Part shown: piece by piece, positions 39,401-52,400 of the stretch
Layout: each line of letters begins with the position of its first letter
Position numbering within the stretch: the first letter of the stretch is position 1
DNA from: Mobula birostris
Taxonomy: Eukaryota
NCBI RefSeq assembly: GCF_030028105.1
Contig: NC_092377.1
Span: 4,779,079 to 4,843,078 of the forward strand
Direction: 5' to 3'
Length of the DNA stretch: 64,000 nt
Made by a program: the position numbers and the translations under genes
The notes under the pieces: model-generated
What the model was told of the DNA's origin: nothing
Databases searched by the model: none
The model's input: the letters and a program-made list of their open reading frames with translations, nothing else

Positions 39401-42400
39401 TCTTATTTGGGTTACTCTCAACTCCAATACACTACACAACAGGGTTGCCAGGATTAACGTAGGAATGGACTAGATGATTTCAATAAAAGGGGAGATTCTG
39501 AAGATGATGGAAATCCAAGGTAATACAAACAAAATGCTGACGGAACTCAGAAAGTTAGGCGGAATCCATGGAGGGGAATAAACTGCTGACATTTCAGGAT
39601 GGGACCATTCATCAGGACTGGAATGGAATGGGGAGGACACCAGGATAAAAAGATGAGGAGAGGGGAAGGAGGACAAACTGAGAGTAGAGACGAGGTATCA
39701 GCAGGTCAGCTCAGGTATCTGGTCAGCACAGAGGCTGATGTTAATATGGGTATATTGGATAGAGTCATACTGTACAGAAACAAGTCCTTCAGCCCACCCT
39801 GGACGTACTGACCCATCTCTTCATCAATTCCATTTCCAGCCCTTTGTTGATGGTCCTGGTAATTCAAAGACTCATTGAGATACTTCTCAGTGGGAGTGTA
39901 GTAGTGAGCACAACGCTTTACAGTACCAGTGACCTCGGTTCAATTCCCACCACTGCCTGTAAGGAGTTTCTATGTTCTCCCCATGACTGTGTGGGTTTCC
40001 TCTGGGTGCTCCAGTTTCCTCCAACAGTCCAAAGACGTACTGGTTGGTAGGTTAATTGGTCATTGTAAATTGTCCTGTGATTAGGCCTGGGTGAGATGGA
40101 GGATTGACAGCAGCACAGCTCAATGGGCCAGAAGGGCCTATTCTGTTCCGTATCTCAATAAATAAATACAATGTTGTGAGAGTCTCTTCCTCCACCACTC
40201 TCTCAGGCAGAGCATTCCCGTCTCCAGCTACCCTCTGGGTGGAAAAGTTGATTTTATATCCCTCTAAACTGTCTCAGCTGGAAACGTCGACTGTTTATTA
40301 CTCTCCACAGATGCTGCCTGACCTGTTGAGTTCCTCCACATTTTGGGTCCCTTCTTTCTGTCACAGAAATCATTGTCTGTCTCTCAGGTTACTCGTCAAC
40401 CTTCTCTGCTCAAGGGAAAACAGATCTAGACTTTTCATTCTTTCCTCACAACTGAGGCTCTCCATCGCTGGTAATATCCTGGTGAACCTTCTCCGCACTT
40501 TTGGCATCAATGTCCCTCCATTCCTCAATACTTGTTAGTGTCCTCACATTCATTGTGTGTGCCCCACCCTTCTCCTGATGTTCCAAAATACAGCATTCAA
40601 TTCCACCTACCATGGCACTGGCCAAACGACCCACTGATCAATATTCATAGAACATAGACATAGAATAGTACAGCACAGTACAGGCCCTTCGGCCCACAAT
40701 GTTGTGCCGACCCTCAAACCCTGCCTCCCATATAAGCCCCCACCTTAAATTCCTCCATATACCTGTCTAGTAGTCTCTTAAACTTCACTAGTGTATCTGC
40801 CTCCACCACTGACTCAGGCAGTGCATTCCACACACCAACCACTCTCTGAGTAAAAAACCTTCCTCTAATATCCCCCTTGAACTTCCCACCCCTTACCTTA
40901 AAGCCATGTCCTCTTGTATTGAGCAGCGGTGCCCTGGGGAAGAGGCTTTGGTTGTCCACTCTATCTATTCCTCTTATTATCTTGTACACCTCTATCATGT
41001 CTCCTCTCATCCTCCTTCTCTCCAAAGAGTAAAGTCCTAGCTCCCTTAATCTCTGATCATACTACTCTCTAAACCAGGCAGCATCCTGGTAAATCTCCTC
41101 TGTACCCTTTCCAATGCTTCCACATCCTTCCTATAGTGAGGTGACCAGAACGGGACACAGTACTCCAAGTGCGGCCTAACCAGAGCTGCATCATTACCCC
41201 ATGACTCTTAAACTCTGTCCTTCGACTTATCAAAGCTAACACCCCATAAGCTTTCTTAACTACACTATCCACCTGAGAGGCAATTTTCAGGCATCTGTGG
41301 ACATGTACCCCCTGATCCCTCTGCTCCTCCACACTATCAAGTATCCCGCCATTTACTTTGTACTCTGCCTTGGAGTTTGTCCTTCCAAAGTGTACCACCT
41401 CACACTTTTCAGGGTTGAACTCCGTCTGCTACTTCTCAGCCCACTTCTGCATCCTATCAATGTCCCTCTGCAATCTTTGACAATCCTCTACACTATCTAC
41501 AACACCACCAACCTTTGTGTCATCTGCAAACTTGCCAACCCACCCTTCTACCCCCACATCCAGGTCGTTAATAAAAATCACGAAAAGTAGAGGTCCCAGA
41601 ACAGATCCTTGTGGGACACCACTGGTCACAATCCTCCAATTTGAATGTACTCCCTCCACCACGACCCTCTGCCATCTGTAGGCAAGCCAATTCTGAATCC
41701 ACCTGGCCAAACCTCCCTGGATCCCATGTCTTCTGACTTTTTAAATAAGCCTACCATGTGGAACCTTGTCAAATGCCTTACTAAAATCCATGTAGATCAC
41801 ATCCACTGCACTACCCTCATCTATATGCCTGGTCATCTCCTCAAAGAACTTCTCTATCAGGCTTGTTAGACACAATCTGCCCTTCACAAAGCCATGCTGA
41901 CTGTCCCTGATCAGACCATGATTCTGTAAATGCCCAGAGATCCTATCTCCAAGAATCTTTTCCAACAGCTTTCCCACCACAGATGTAAGGCTCACTGGTC
42001 TATAATTACCCGGACTATCCCTACTACCTTTTTTGAACAAGGCGACAACATTCGCCTCCCTCCATTCCTTACCTTCCACACCGCCAAATTTGAGTCAAGT
42101 GCAAATTCCACCAGTTTCTGTTCAGCATCAGATGTCAAAGGTAAAGCAGCATTGATAATGATGGGACTGAGACACACATTGGGATATTGGAGAAAAGGAG
42201 CAAGCTGAAGCAGAGCAGCCTGACTGACCGGCTTTAGGGAGTGGTGATCCTCACAGGGACACACTGAATTTTACTCATTTTCACCTTGTCTCTAAATAAA
42301 CAAAATGAATAAAAATGTCCTTAAATCAGACATGCCTGTATTAAATATCCATTCTTATAGACCCTGTGGGGGGAGTTCACTGTTTCCTTCAATTGCTACA

Positions 42401-45400
42401 GACTGTCAAGTAAACAATTTATTTTGTGTGATGTGATCTGGGGTTCAAAGCCATCGACAATGATGGAGTGATATCGTATCTCCAAGTGAGGGTTGTGTTG
42501 GCCCTCTGCTGGCATTCCACGTGCTCCATGTCCTTCTGGGTGATAGAGGTCAGGGCTTTACACAAGAGCTTTCAAAGGAAGTGATGAAGGGATCAGCAGT
42601 GGAAAGAGTGAGCAGCTTTATGTTTCTTGATGTCAACATCTCAGAAGCTGGCAGCACATTGTAGTGGTTAGCACAACGCTTTACCGTACCAGTGACCCAG
42701 GTTCGATTCCTGCTGCTGGCTGTGATCTCCCTGTGATGGCGTGGGCTTCCTCTAGATGTCCCTGATTCCTCACACAGTCCAAAGACGTACCAGTTGGTAG
42801 GGTAATTGGTCATTGTAAATGTAACCCACCAGGCTCCCAGACCACACAAGAAAGAATAACGTTTTTCCCATTGGATAGCCACCCATTACCTCTAATTATA
42901 ACCCAAACATTGCTGCTACAGAGAAACCATTACCTCATCAGTTAACATTACAGAGAAGCCATTACATTAACCTTAGCAGTTAACATTACAGAGAAACCAT
43001 TACATAAATTATAGGATTAAATTTGGGGGTTTGCTGGGTGGCATGGCTCAAAGGGCCGGAAGGGCCAACTCCACATAGAATCTTAATAAATAAATAAAAT
43101 ATCTATCTGGGCTGCAAAAATAGAAGTTTGAGGAGTGGTTAGCACAACGCTTTACGGTACCAGCGACCCAGATTCAATTCCCGCTTCTGACCGTATGGAG
43201 TTCACACGTTCTTCCCGTGACGGGGTGCGTTTCCTCCAGATGCTCCTGATTCCTCACACGGTCCAAAGACGTACTGGTTGGTAAGGTAATGGATCGTTGT
43301 AAATTATCCCATGACTAAGCTAGTGTTAAATTGGAGAATAACATGGTAGCGTGGGTCAAAGGGCTGGAAGGGCTACTCCACACTGTATCTCAATTAATAA
43401 ATAAATAAATAAAAGATCTATCCAGGGTGCAACACATTATTCAGTCATGAAGTGAACATGCCAACAGTTCAATGAAAATAGGAGTTTGAGGAGATTTAGT
43501 GGGTCAGCAAAAGCTCTTGCAAGTTTCTACAGAGGGACGGTGGAGAGCATTGTGACTCGCTGTACAACAGCCTGATAGAGAGGCTCCAACACACACATTG
43601 CAAGAGGGTTGTAGACTCAGCCAGCTGGGGATCAGAACTGTCCCCATCATCGAGGACTATTACAGAGGCAGTGACTCAAGAAGGCGGCATCCACCATTCA
43701 GGACCCTCATCACCCAGACATCCCCCTGCTTGTTACTCCGGTCAGGGAGAATCAGAATTGGGTTTAATATCACCGGCATATGTTATCCAGACATGCCCCT
43801 GCTTGTTACTCCTGTCAGGGAGAATCAGCATCAGGTGTAATGTCACTGGCATATGTCATGAAATTTGTTGTTTTGTGGCTGCAGTACATTGCAATACATA
43901 ATGATTATAACCTATAAACTACAATAAGTATTTATATAATTTTGAATTAACTAAGTTGGCAAAAACAGAGCAAAAAATAGTGAGGTACAATTCAAGGGTT
44001 CACTGCCCATTCAGAGATCTGATGGCAGAGGTGAAGGTGTTCCTGAAATGTTGAGTGTGTGTCTTCAGGCTCTTGTAGCACCGTCTGTAATGAGTTCTCT
44101 GGCCTGTGTGGGGCACTGGAGAGCACTGGGCTCTCAGGTTTCGCAAGCACCTGAATTGGTTAATTGTTGCTTAATGAAACTTTATAATCACTGCGAGTTC
44201 CTTGCGTTTTACTTGAATGAACTGCTCTTTGTAATACCATTTCCTGGTGTTTTCTGTAAGATTAGGGCTTCAGAAATGGTTTCTAAAGTCTGCCATCAGA
44301 TTTCTGAATGGTCTGTTGACAGTTTTGTTATTCATTGTTTCACACTTTTTATTTTGAACTTACAATAATTTTACATGTTTGACTGCATGCCGACCAATAT
44401 TGACTCTTCCATAGTAACCCCATCGTCTGGCACCTTGTCCATCGCCCTCTCTGCCTAAGTGTTCATTGTTAGTGCTGTCAGTGACCCAGTTTCTGACACT
44501 CTCTCTGGCAGTGTGATCTGGTATTCCTGCTCTCTGGTTGAAGAGGACGTGGCATATCCCCTCTGGATCTCCTCCCAATCACCTTAACACTATGTTCTCA
44601 AGTTTTATCTGCCCCTGATAGGGTATGAGTTTTCTGCAGTCTATACCTTACATATGTCCCTCATAACTTTGTACACCTCAATCGTCCCCCTTGAGCTCCC
44701 CTGCCCAATGGAGACCAGACCCAGCTTCTCTAGTCTCTCCTCATAACGGAACTGTTTCATCCCAGACAACATCCTGGTCGAGCTTCTGTGTTCTCCCACT
44801 GTTTCATTCAGATTCAATTCCTTTACCAACCATATTTGATTCAATATTATTGAAAGAAGATACAAAATAAAACATTACTTACCCTTCTGGCTTTAATCTC
44901 TGTTGAAAACATGCCCATTTTTTCACATAGCATATTGCTGTTATCAAGATGCAGAATAAGAGGACGAGTACGAGGATACTGACGAGAATGCTGACCAAGA
45001 CTTTCGAAGACCCACCTTTATCTGCTTCTGAAAAATAGGACAGATTGAGGTAGAGTTTAACATTGGTAATGTGAATTGTCCTTTGAATGACACGTTTAAT
45101 ATGTGAACATTGGAGGCCGGTAGTTCTCTCTTAGACATCTCATTAACAGTCAGTAAGGGAGAGAGTGCCGTGTGAAGGATGGACTACTGTGCTGTTATTG
45201 TAGGGAAGGAAAGAAACATCAAGGTTATTAATAATAATAACCTACTTAAAGAGCATTTTTCATACAGGCAATGGGATAAAGTACAAATGTGACAAAAAAC
45301 AAATATATAATCATGAAAATAGATTAGAAGCACTGTTAAATAAATGGGTTTTGATCTGCTGTTTAAAAGTGTCAACTGAGTCCGTGTCCCTTACAGTTTT

Positions 45401-48400
45401 CGGAGTTGAATTCCACAGTTTAAGAATGTAGTTCAAAAAAGATGATCTGCTAATTATCTTTTGAGGGAGATTGTTTACTTTTATAGGCCAATGGAAGAAG
45501 ACCAGAGAGCTCAATCAGGATTATAAAGACAAAAACGATTCTGTGAGGTACTCCGGTCCCAGACTATTAAGAGCTTTACAAACAAGTAAGAGAACTTTAA
45601 AATCATTTCTAGTAGATACAGGAAGCCAATGCTGAGTAGCTAGGATGGCAGTGGTATGCTCCCCATCTTGGTTTTTGGTTAAAAGACAGTAGTGATGTTC
45701 TGAATGAGTTGAAGTTTGAACATCAATAACACTGGCTAGTTTCTATAATGACCTCCATCTGCACTGTTAGTTTATTTCTCTCATTTTAAACAAAGGTGCA
45801 GGTTGTGAAACTCCAAGGGCTGTGACGTTAATGTTTGCCTCACCAATGAATTCCCTGGTGGCCTCCAGCACTGACCAGTACAGAGTGGGTAAAAAAAAAA
45901 GACACTGTTAGGGAAATTAAAGTCGGTCACAAGTAAATTGGATACGGACTTTGAAGAGGCTAAAGAATAACTTTTTTCATGAATAAAGGAAGGTGTGGCT
46001 CACAAACAGTACGATCACCAGTCTTCCAAAGAGCAATAGTCACAGTCTTTTTTTATACATTAATCCTGTGAAATTTATGGCATTCCACAAAATGTGTGAG
46101 ACGTCAGCCAAGAGATGGGTTGTTATGTCCCACAGCTTTTGTTATTTCCATAATTCACCGAGATAGGTTATTCATCTTGTTTCTACAGCTGTGTTACACC
46201 CTACGGCAATGAGACTAACACTTGGTAGATTGTTTGTTAATTAAACCAAACTACAGGTGTTAGCAACTCAGATATAAGACCATAAGACATAGGAGCAGAA
46301 TTAGGCCATTCAGCCCATCAAGTCTGCTCCACCATTCCATTATGGCTGATCTTGGATCCCACTCAACCCCATACTCCTTTGAAGCCCTGACCAATCAGGA
46401 ACAATCAACTTCCCCCTTAAATATACCCACAGACTTAGCCTCCACTGCTGTCTGTGGCAGAGAGTTCCAAAGATTCACTGCTCTCCATCGAACAAATTTC
46501 CTCTTTACCTCTGTTCTAAAAGGTCTCTGTCTCCTCTAGTTCTGGATACCCCCAGCATAGGAAGCATCCTCTCCACATCCACCGTATCTAGTCCTTTCTA
46601 CATTCGGTAGGTTTCAGTGAGATCCCCATGCACTCTTCTAATTTCCAGTGAGCACAGGCCCAAAGCTGCCAAACTGCTACTCATATGTTAACCCCTTCAT
46701 TCCCAGAATTATCCTCGTGAACTTCCTCTGGACTCTCTCCAAAGACAAAATATCCTTTCTGAGATAAAGGGCCCAAAACTGTTGACAATTCTCCAAGTGT
46801 GGCCTGACAAGTGTCTTCTAAAGGCTCAGTATTATCTCCTTGCTTTTATATTCTATTTCCCTTAAATAAATAACGGCATTGCATTTGCTTTCTTTACCAC
46901 AGACTCAACTTGTGAATCAACCTTCTGGGAGTCTTGCACAAGGACTCCCAAGTCCCTCTGCACCTCTGATGGTTTACTCTTCTCTCCATTTAGATTATGG
47001 TCTGCACTATTTTTCCTTTTACCAAAATTGATCGTCATATATTTCCCAACACTGAATTCCATCTGTCACTTTTTTGCTCAAACTTGTCTAAGTCCTGCAA
47101 TCAAATTGCTTTGTCAGTACTACCGAACCCTCCACCTAAATTTGTACCATCTGCAACCTTTGCCACAAAGCCATCAATTCCATTATCTAAATCATTGACA
47201 AACAATGTGAAAATCAACGGTCCCAATATTGAATCCTGAGGAACAGTAGTTGTTACTTGCAGCTAACCAGAAAAGGCCCCCTCTGTTCCCACTTGCCGCC
47301 TCCTACTGGTCTGCCATTCCTCTATCCATGCAAGTAACTTTCCTGTAAAGCCATAAGATTTTATCTTGTTAAACAGCCTCATGTGTGGCACCTTATTAAA
47401 TGCCTACTGAAAATCCACGTAAATGAAGGAACACTTCTTCAATCAGAGGGTCATGAGAGTGTGGAATGAGCTGCCAGAACAAGTGGTGCATGTGAGCTCG
47501 ATTTCAATGGTTAAGGGAAATTTGGATAGGTACACGGATGGCAGGGACATGGAGGGCACTGGTCCCCGGGCGGGTCAATGGGAGTAAGCAGTTTAAATAG
47601 TTTTGGCATGTTCTAGATGGGCCGAAGAGCCTGTTTGTGTGCTTTACTTCTCTATGACTGGAGGAGTCCAACATGTCAAGCAGCATCTATGGAAACAAAG
47701 AAACAACAGATTCTGCAGACGCTGGAAATCCAGAGCACAGCACTCAAACTACTGGAGAAACTCAGCAGGTTGGCAGCATCCATGAGAGGAAAATAAACAG
47801 TTGACGTTTCGGACTGAGACCCTTCATCAGAACTGGAAAGGAAGGCGGAAGAGGCCAGAATAAGGAAGTGGGGAGGAATGGGAATACACAGGACGTCATG
47901 GAAACAGACCCAGTGGGTCGCAACATCCATTATCCACCCCTTCACTCTAAACCTAGATTAATCCCATTTATCATCTCCATGTTCCCATCAAGTCGCCCGA
48001 GATTTGACAACTCACTAACCAGTAATCTATCAACCAGCATGTTTTTGGACAGTGACAGGAAACCATTGTAACCACAGGGAGAGCATGCAAACATTACACT
48101 GACTGCATTGAAGGTTATGGTTCAAGCCAGGACACTGGAACCGTGAGGCAGCTGCTCTACTCACTGTAACATTGTGGGTTGTGAGGTGACTGCTGACACT
48201 CTGCCACTGATGGGGAGGGGAAAATGGTCAGTTCAGGTTGTGTGTTTCTTCCTCTGTTTACACAGACGTTTGTACATTTCCTCTGCATGGACTGAAGGTT
48301 CTAACTGTCTCTCTGTCTCCACTTTGACCAGTCATCTGTCAGTGGCTTCCTTGCAGTCAGTGGGGATGCTGCACTTTACCAGGCGGCTTGAGTACATTCT

Positions 48401-49451
48401 CGATTCTCTGTCCTTTGTTCGTCTGTAATCTTCACCCATTACAGAGCTCAGAATGGTTTCTCAGAAACACAGGAGATGCTGCAGATGCTGGAGATTCAGA
48501 GTAACACACACGACGTGCTGGACGATCTCAGCAGGTCAGACTGTATCTGTGGAAATGACTATGGTCCTGATGAAGGGTCTCAGGCTGAATCGTCGACTGT
48601 TTATTCATTTCCGTAGATGCTGCCTGGCCTGCTGAGATCCTCCAGCATTTTGTGTGCGTTGCTCAGAATGGTTTCTGTTTCGATTACGGTAATGGGTTGA
48701 AGAAAGAGTTCACAGCAGAATGAAAACAGAAAATGTTGGCCATTCTCGGCAGGTCTGTGAGCAGAGACACATTTGAGACCATTTGTCACGACTGGGAAGG
48801 AAGCAATGAGGACTGGTGGAGCTGCCGTGAGGATGAGGGAGAGGGGGTGTCAGTGACCGTTATGTGATCAGTTATTGAGTGGAATCAGTTCGAGAGTGAC
48901 AACATAGAGAAGAATGTGTGAGTATTGAAATAAAAACCAGAAGCCGTGACTGGGAGCTCGGTCTGTAGCCCCCTGCACTGTTATAATGTAGATCAGAGCA
49001 ATCTTTAGTAACAACACCTCATCTTTCCATTGGGCACATTGCAGCATTCAAGACTCGCTATTGAATTCCACAGCTTAGCGTAACCTGATTTCGCAGTCTG
49101 TCTCTGTCATTCATCTGTGGTATTGGCTCAGCTTTTTGCTTTACTTTACCTTCTAGTCTGGCTTTTTCCCCTCTGGGAGTGGAGGACATGGCCAGCCCAT
49201 TGAGTCTACTCTGCCATTCCACCATGGCTGATTTATTATCCCTCTCACCCCATGCTGCTACCTTCTCCCCATAACCTTTAACATCTTGAATAATGAAGAA
49301 CCTATCAACCCCATGATAAGGATCATGATCCTGCACAGCTCTGTAAATGCCGAGGGAAGATACTGGTCTGTAGAAGAGAGGGGTGGGGGTGAATGTGAGA
49401 CAGTGGCTGGTAGGTGATAGGTGGGAAAATGTGACGGAGAGTGTTCGATAA

Positions 49452-49482
<31 letters not shown>

Positions 49483-52400
49483 TTGCCCTATCATTCTGCT
49501 GTTGTTACACTGAGTGTTTGAACTTCAATATCCTTGTGATACCTTTCATGAAACAGTACTCCAATTCTTTCCTAATGGGGATGTGTAAATGTGTATCTGT
49601 TGTCTGTTTACTCTATTTAAAGTATTTACTTCTGTTTATTTTGTAATATAATTGTAACTATATTGAGGGGTGTGTCATGTACTAATTCACGGATAGACAA
49701 AAGTTGAACTTGTTGGTTATAAAGATGGTCTGTCCTAGTGCCTCACAAACAGTACTGATTGCTCTCGGCAGTTCACACTGGCCAAGTACAAGAACAGAAC
49801 TATTCTTATGTTTTCTGGTAGATATCTTTTTGTAAGAATTGGCAGTTTTCCTTTTACTGATTTTTGTGTTTGATTTTTGACACATCTAATAAACACAGAA
49901 GTGCTAAATGACTAGAGACATATTTTTCTTTGTTCATAACCCACGTATCTAACTGAAATGTTGGGCAGGTGGAACCAGGTGGAAGAGGAGGAGAGGTAGA
50001 GATGAATAGAGAGAGACAAGGAGAGTCAGAAAGTTCAGGTGGGGAGAGAGATTGGTGGAGGTGTCATGGTCCGTGAAGTCCGCATTCTGGTTCACGGTCC
50101 GGTCCGTGGACTCAGGACTCCGGGTCTTCCAGCTGTCCCTTGTTTAGTTGAGTTAATCAGAGGCACCTGATTCCCATCTTTGGGCTTGGAATATAAGTAG
50201 CCTTGGGGTTGAGTGTGGGCTGCTGGTTTGTCTCATCAGTCCTCCTTGGAGAAACCTGCTGATGGAAGGCTAGTGAAACCATTTGTGATCTCTAGGCCTG
50301 TTTGGAGAACCACTGCTTCATGGAGCCCTGTTGCCACTTGTTGGAGTAGTCCTTGCGGTATGGATACGGCTGTTTCCCGGGCCAGCTGAGTGGCCATCAG
50401 CCACTTCGAGCTGGGTAGGGATCCAGCTGTTTCCGTAGCCGGCGGAGGTTGCTGGCTGTAACTGTGACTCGGAGCAACTCTGAAGCAGAGATGGAACTGT
50501 CTGTTGTTCTTTGGTCTTTGTCTCTTCTTGTCCTTGCCTCCGTGGGGTAAGTCAGGCCATTTTGCCGTTGCCCTGCGGGGGGTCATGTCTTGTCTTGTCT
50601 TTGCTTCTGTTGGGTAAGTCTGGCTGTTCTGCCGTTACCCAACAGGTGGACCTGTCCCACCTTGGTGTGGAGAAGTTGAGTCCCGGCTTGTCTAAGTTTA
50701 AGTCCCGGCTCTATGTCTATGTACTGTCCTGTCTCATGTTGATGTCGTGCTAACGATGAGTCCCGGCTTTTCGAAGGACAAGTCCCGGGCTCTATGTTGA
50801 TGTTCAGTTCCCAGTCGGTCTCTTAGCTCCAGCCTCTTAGTTATCAACCTTCGCATTTCAAGATGAAGGTCCCACAGCCAAGCTCCAAGAACCCAAGCCT
50901 CGAGGATCCCAAGCCAAGCTCCAAGAACACAAGCCTGAAGTCCCCAGCCTCCAAGCTCATGACACAAGGCCCCAGCCTGCAGCCAAGCTCAAGACCCAAG
51001 ACACCAGCCTCAAGCCTCCAGGCCCCAGCCACGTTCTGTCCTGAAGCCATGTCATGTCCTTGCCTGGTTCTGGGGTCCGAGCCCGAGGCAAGGCCCAGGG
51101 TCTTGGTCCTTGTCCAGTCTCGGGCTTGAGTCGAAGCCTTGTCTCCTAGTCCCTGGTTTCTAGTCCTGGTCCCACTTTCCATAGCCCAAGTCTGCATTCT
51201 TGTCCCTGCTCCTTGCCTGTATCCTGTCAAGTCCCTACTCAAGTCAAATCCTGTTCCTTGTACTTCAGTGTCTGTGTCTCGCATTTGGGTCCATTCCCAG
51301 CACCCCTTTGTGACAGGAGGTGACTATAGACTGAGGCTGCACACACCGGAATCTGATCATTGTCATTATTATGTGCCATGTCTGTATGATGTGGTTGAGC
51401 ATGGTCTATGACCATCGTTGTTCTTGGAAAAGTTTCCTACAGACATGGTTTGCCATTGTCTTCTTCTGGGCTGTGACGTCAGCTATTATCAATGCCCTTC
51501 AGAGACTGTCTACCTGGAGTCAGTGGTCACTAAGCAGGTGCTACACATTGACCATCAGAGATGGAGGACCTTCATTCTGCCCCAAATGCCAGTGGTGTAA
51601 TGGGCAGGAAGTGGGTACGGTGAGCAAGTCCACTTTGTCCAGGCTAGCAGAGGGAAGGAGTACCTTATGCCTCCATATCACCACCCCGCCACCCGGAATC
51701 TGATAAGGAAGGGAACAATGGAGGAATTACGTGTAGGTGGAACTTTTATTTGATTTTATTTATTTATTGAGTTACTGTGTGGAATAGGCCCTTCGGCCTT
51801 TGACCCAGTGATCCCCTGATTTAATCCGAGCCTAATCACAGGACAATTTATAATCACCAATTAACCTAACAACCCATGTGTCTTTGGACTGTGGGGGAAA
51901 CCGGAACACTTGGAGGAAACCCATGTGGTCGCAGGGAGTATGTACAAATTCCTTCAGGCAGCATCGGGAGTTGATCCTGGGACACTGGTATTGTCAGGCG
52001 TAGTAGACACCCAGAAGTTTAAGTTTGTGTGACACAGGCAGGTGGGTGACAGGAATGGAACTGGGTAACGGGTCTGGGTGGAGTGAGAGACGGTATGAGT
52101 ATGAAAAGCAGACAGGAAAGGGGTGGGGTTGGGTTATCAGAAATTGGAAAATTCCATGTCCATATCATTGGGCTATAATATCCAGTCAGGATCTCAGATT
52201 GAAAAATAATACTAAAGAAATTTGGCCTGTCCCCTAAAACCCTCACTAATTTTTATAGATGCACTGTAGAAAGCATTCTTCTAGGGTGCATCACAACCTG
52301 GTATGGAAGTTGTCCTGTCCAAGACCGGAAGAAGCTGCAGAAGATCGTGAACACGGCGCAGTACATCACACAAACCAATCTTCCGTCCGTGGACTCACTT

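Noticed and set aside
42073-42290. Candidate exons near the CR1 5' truncation (LAPFLQY...AVWK|gtaagg; tttatttag|AGACAAGG)
   Set aside because: Phases are incompatible with the phase-2 TM-to-tail intron, and one donor is created by the CR1 junction.
44364-44560. Possible extra cytoplasmic exon ending ATT|gtaagt just after the TM exon
   Set aside because: The donor is good, but no pyrimidine-rich acceptor exists in the required phase 2, and the peptide has no recognisable motif.
48380-48422. Possible small exon ending CCTG|gtaaag
   Set aside because: Purine-rich acceptor region, and in phase 1 it would not rejoin the TM frame.
50844-51411. Low-complexity ORFs ([15 protein letters not shown]..., etc.)
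   Set aside because: They are translations of tandem repeats inside the LTR element, not host genes.
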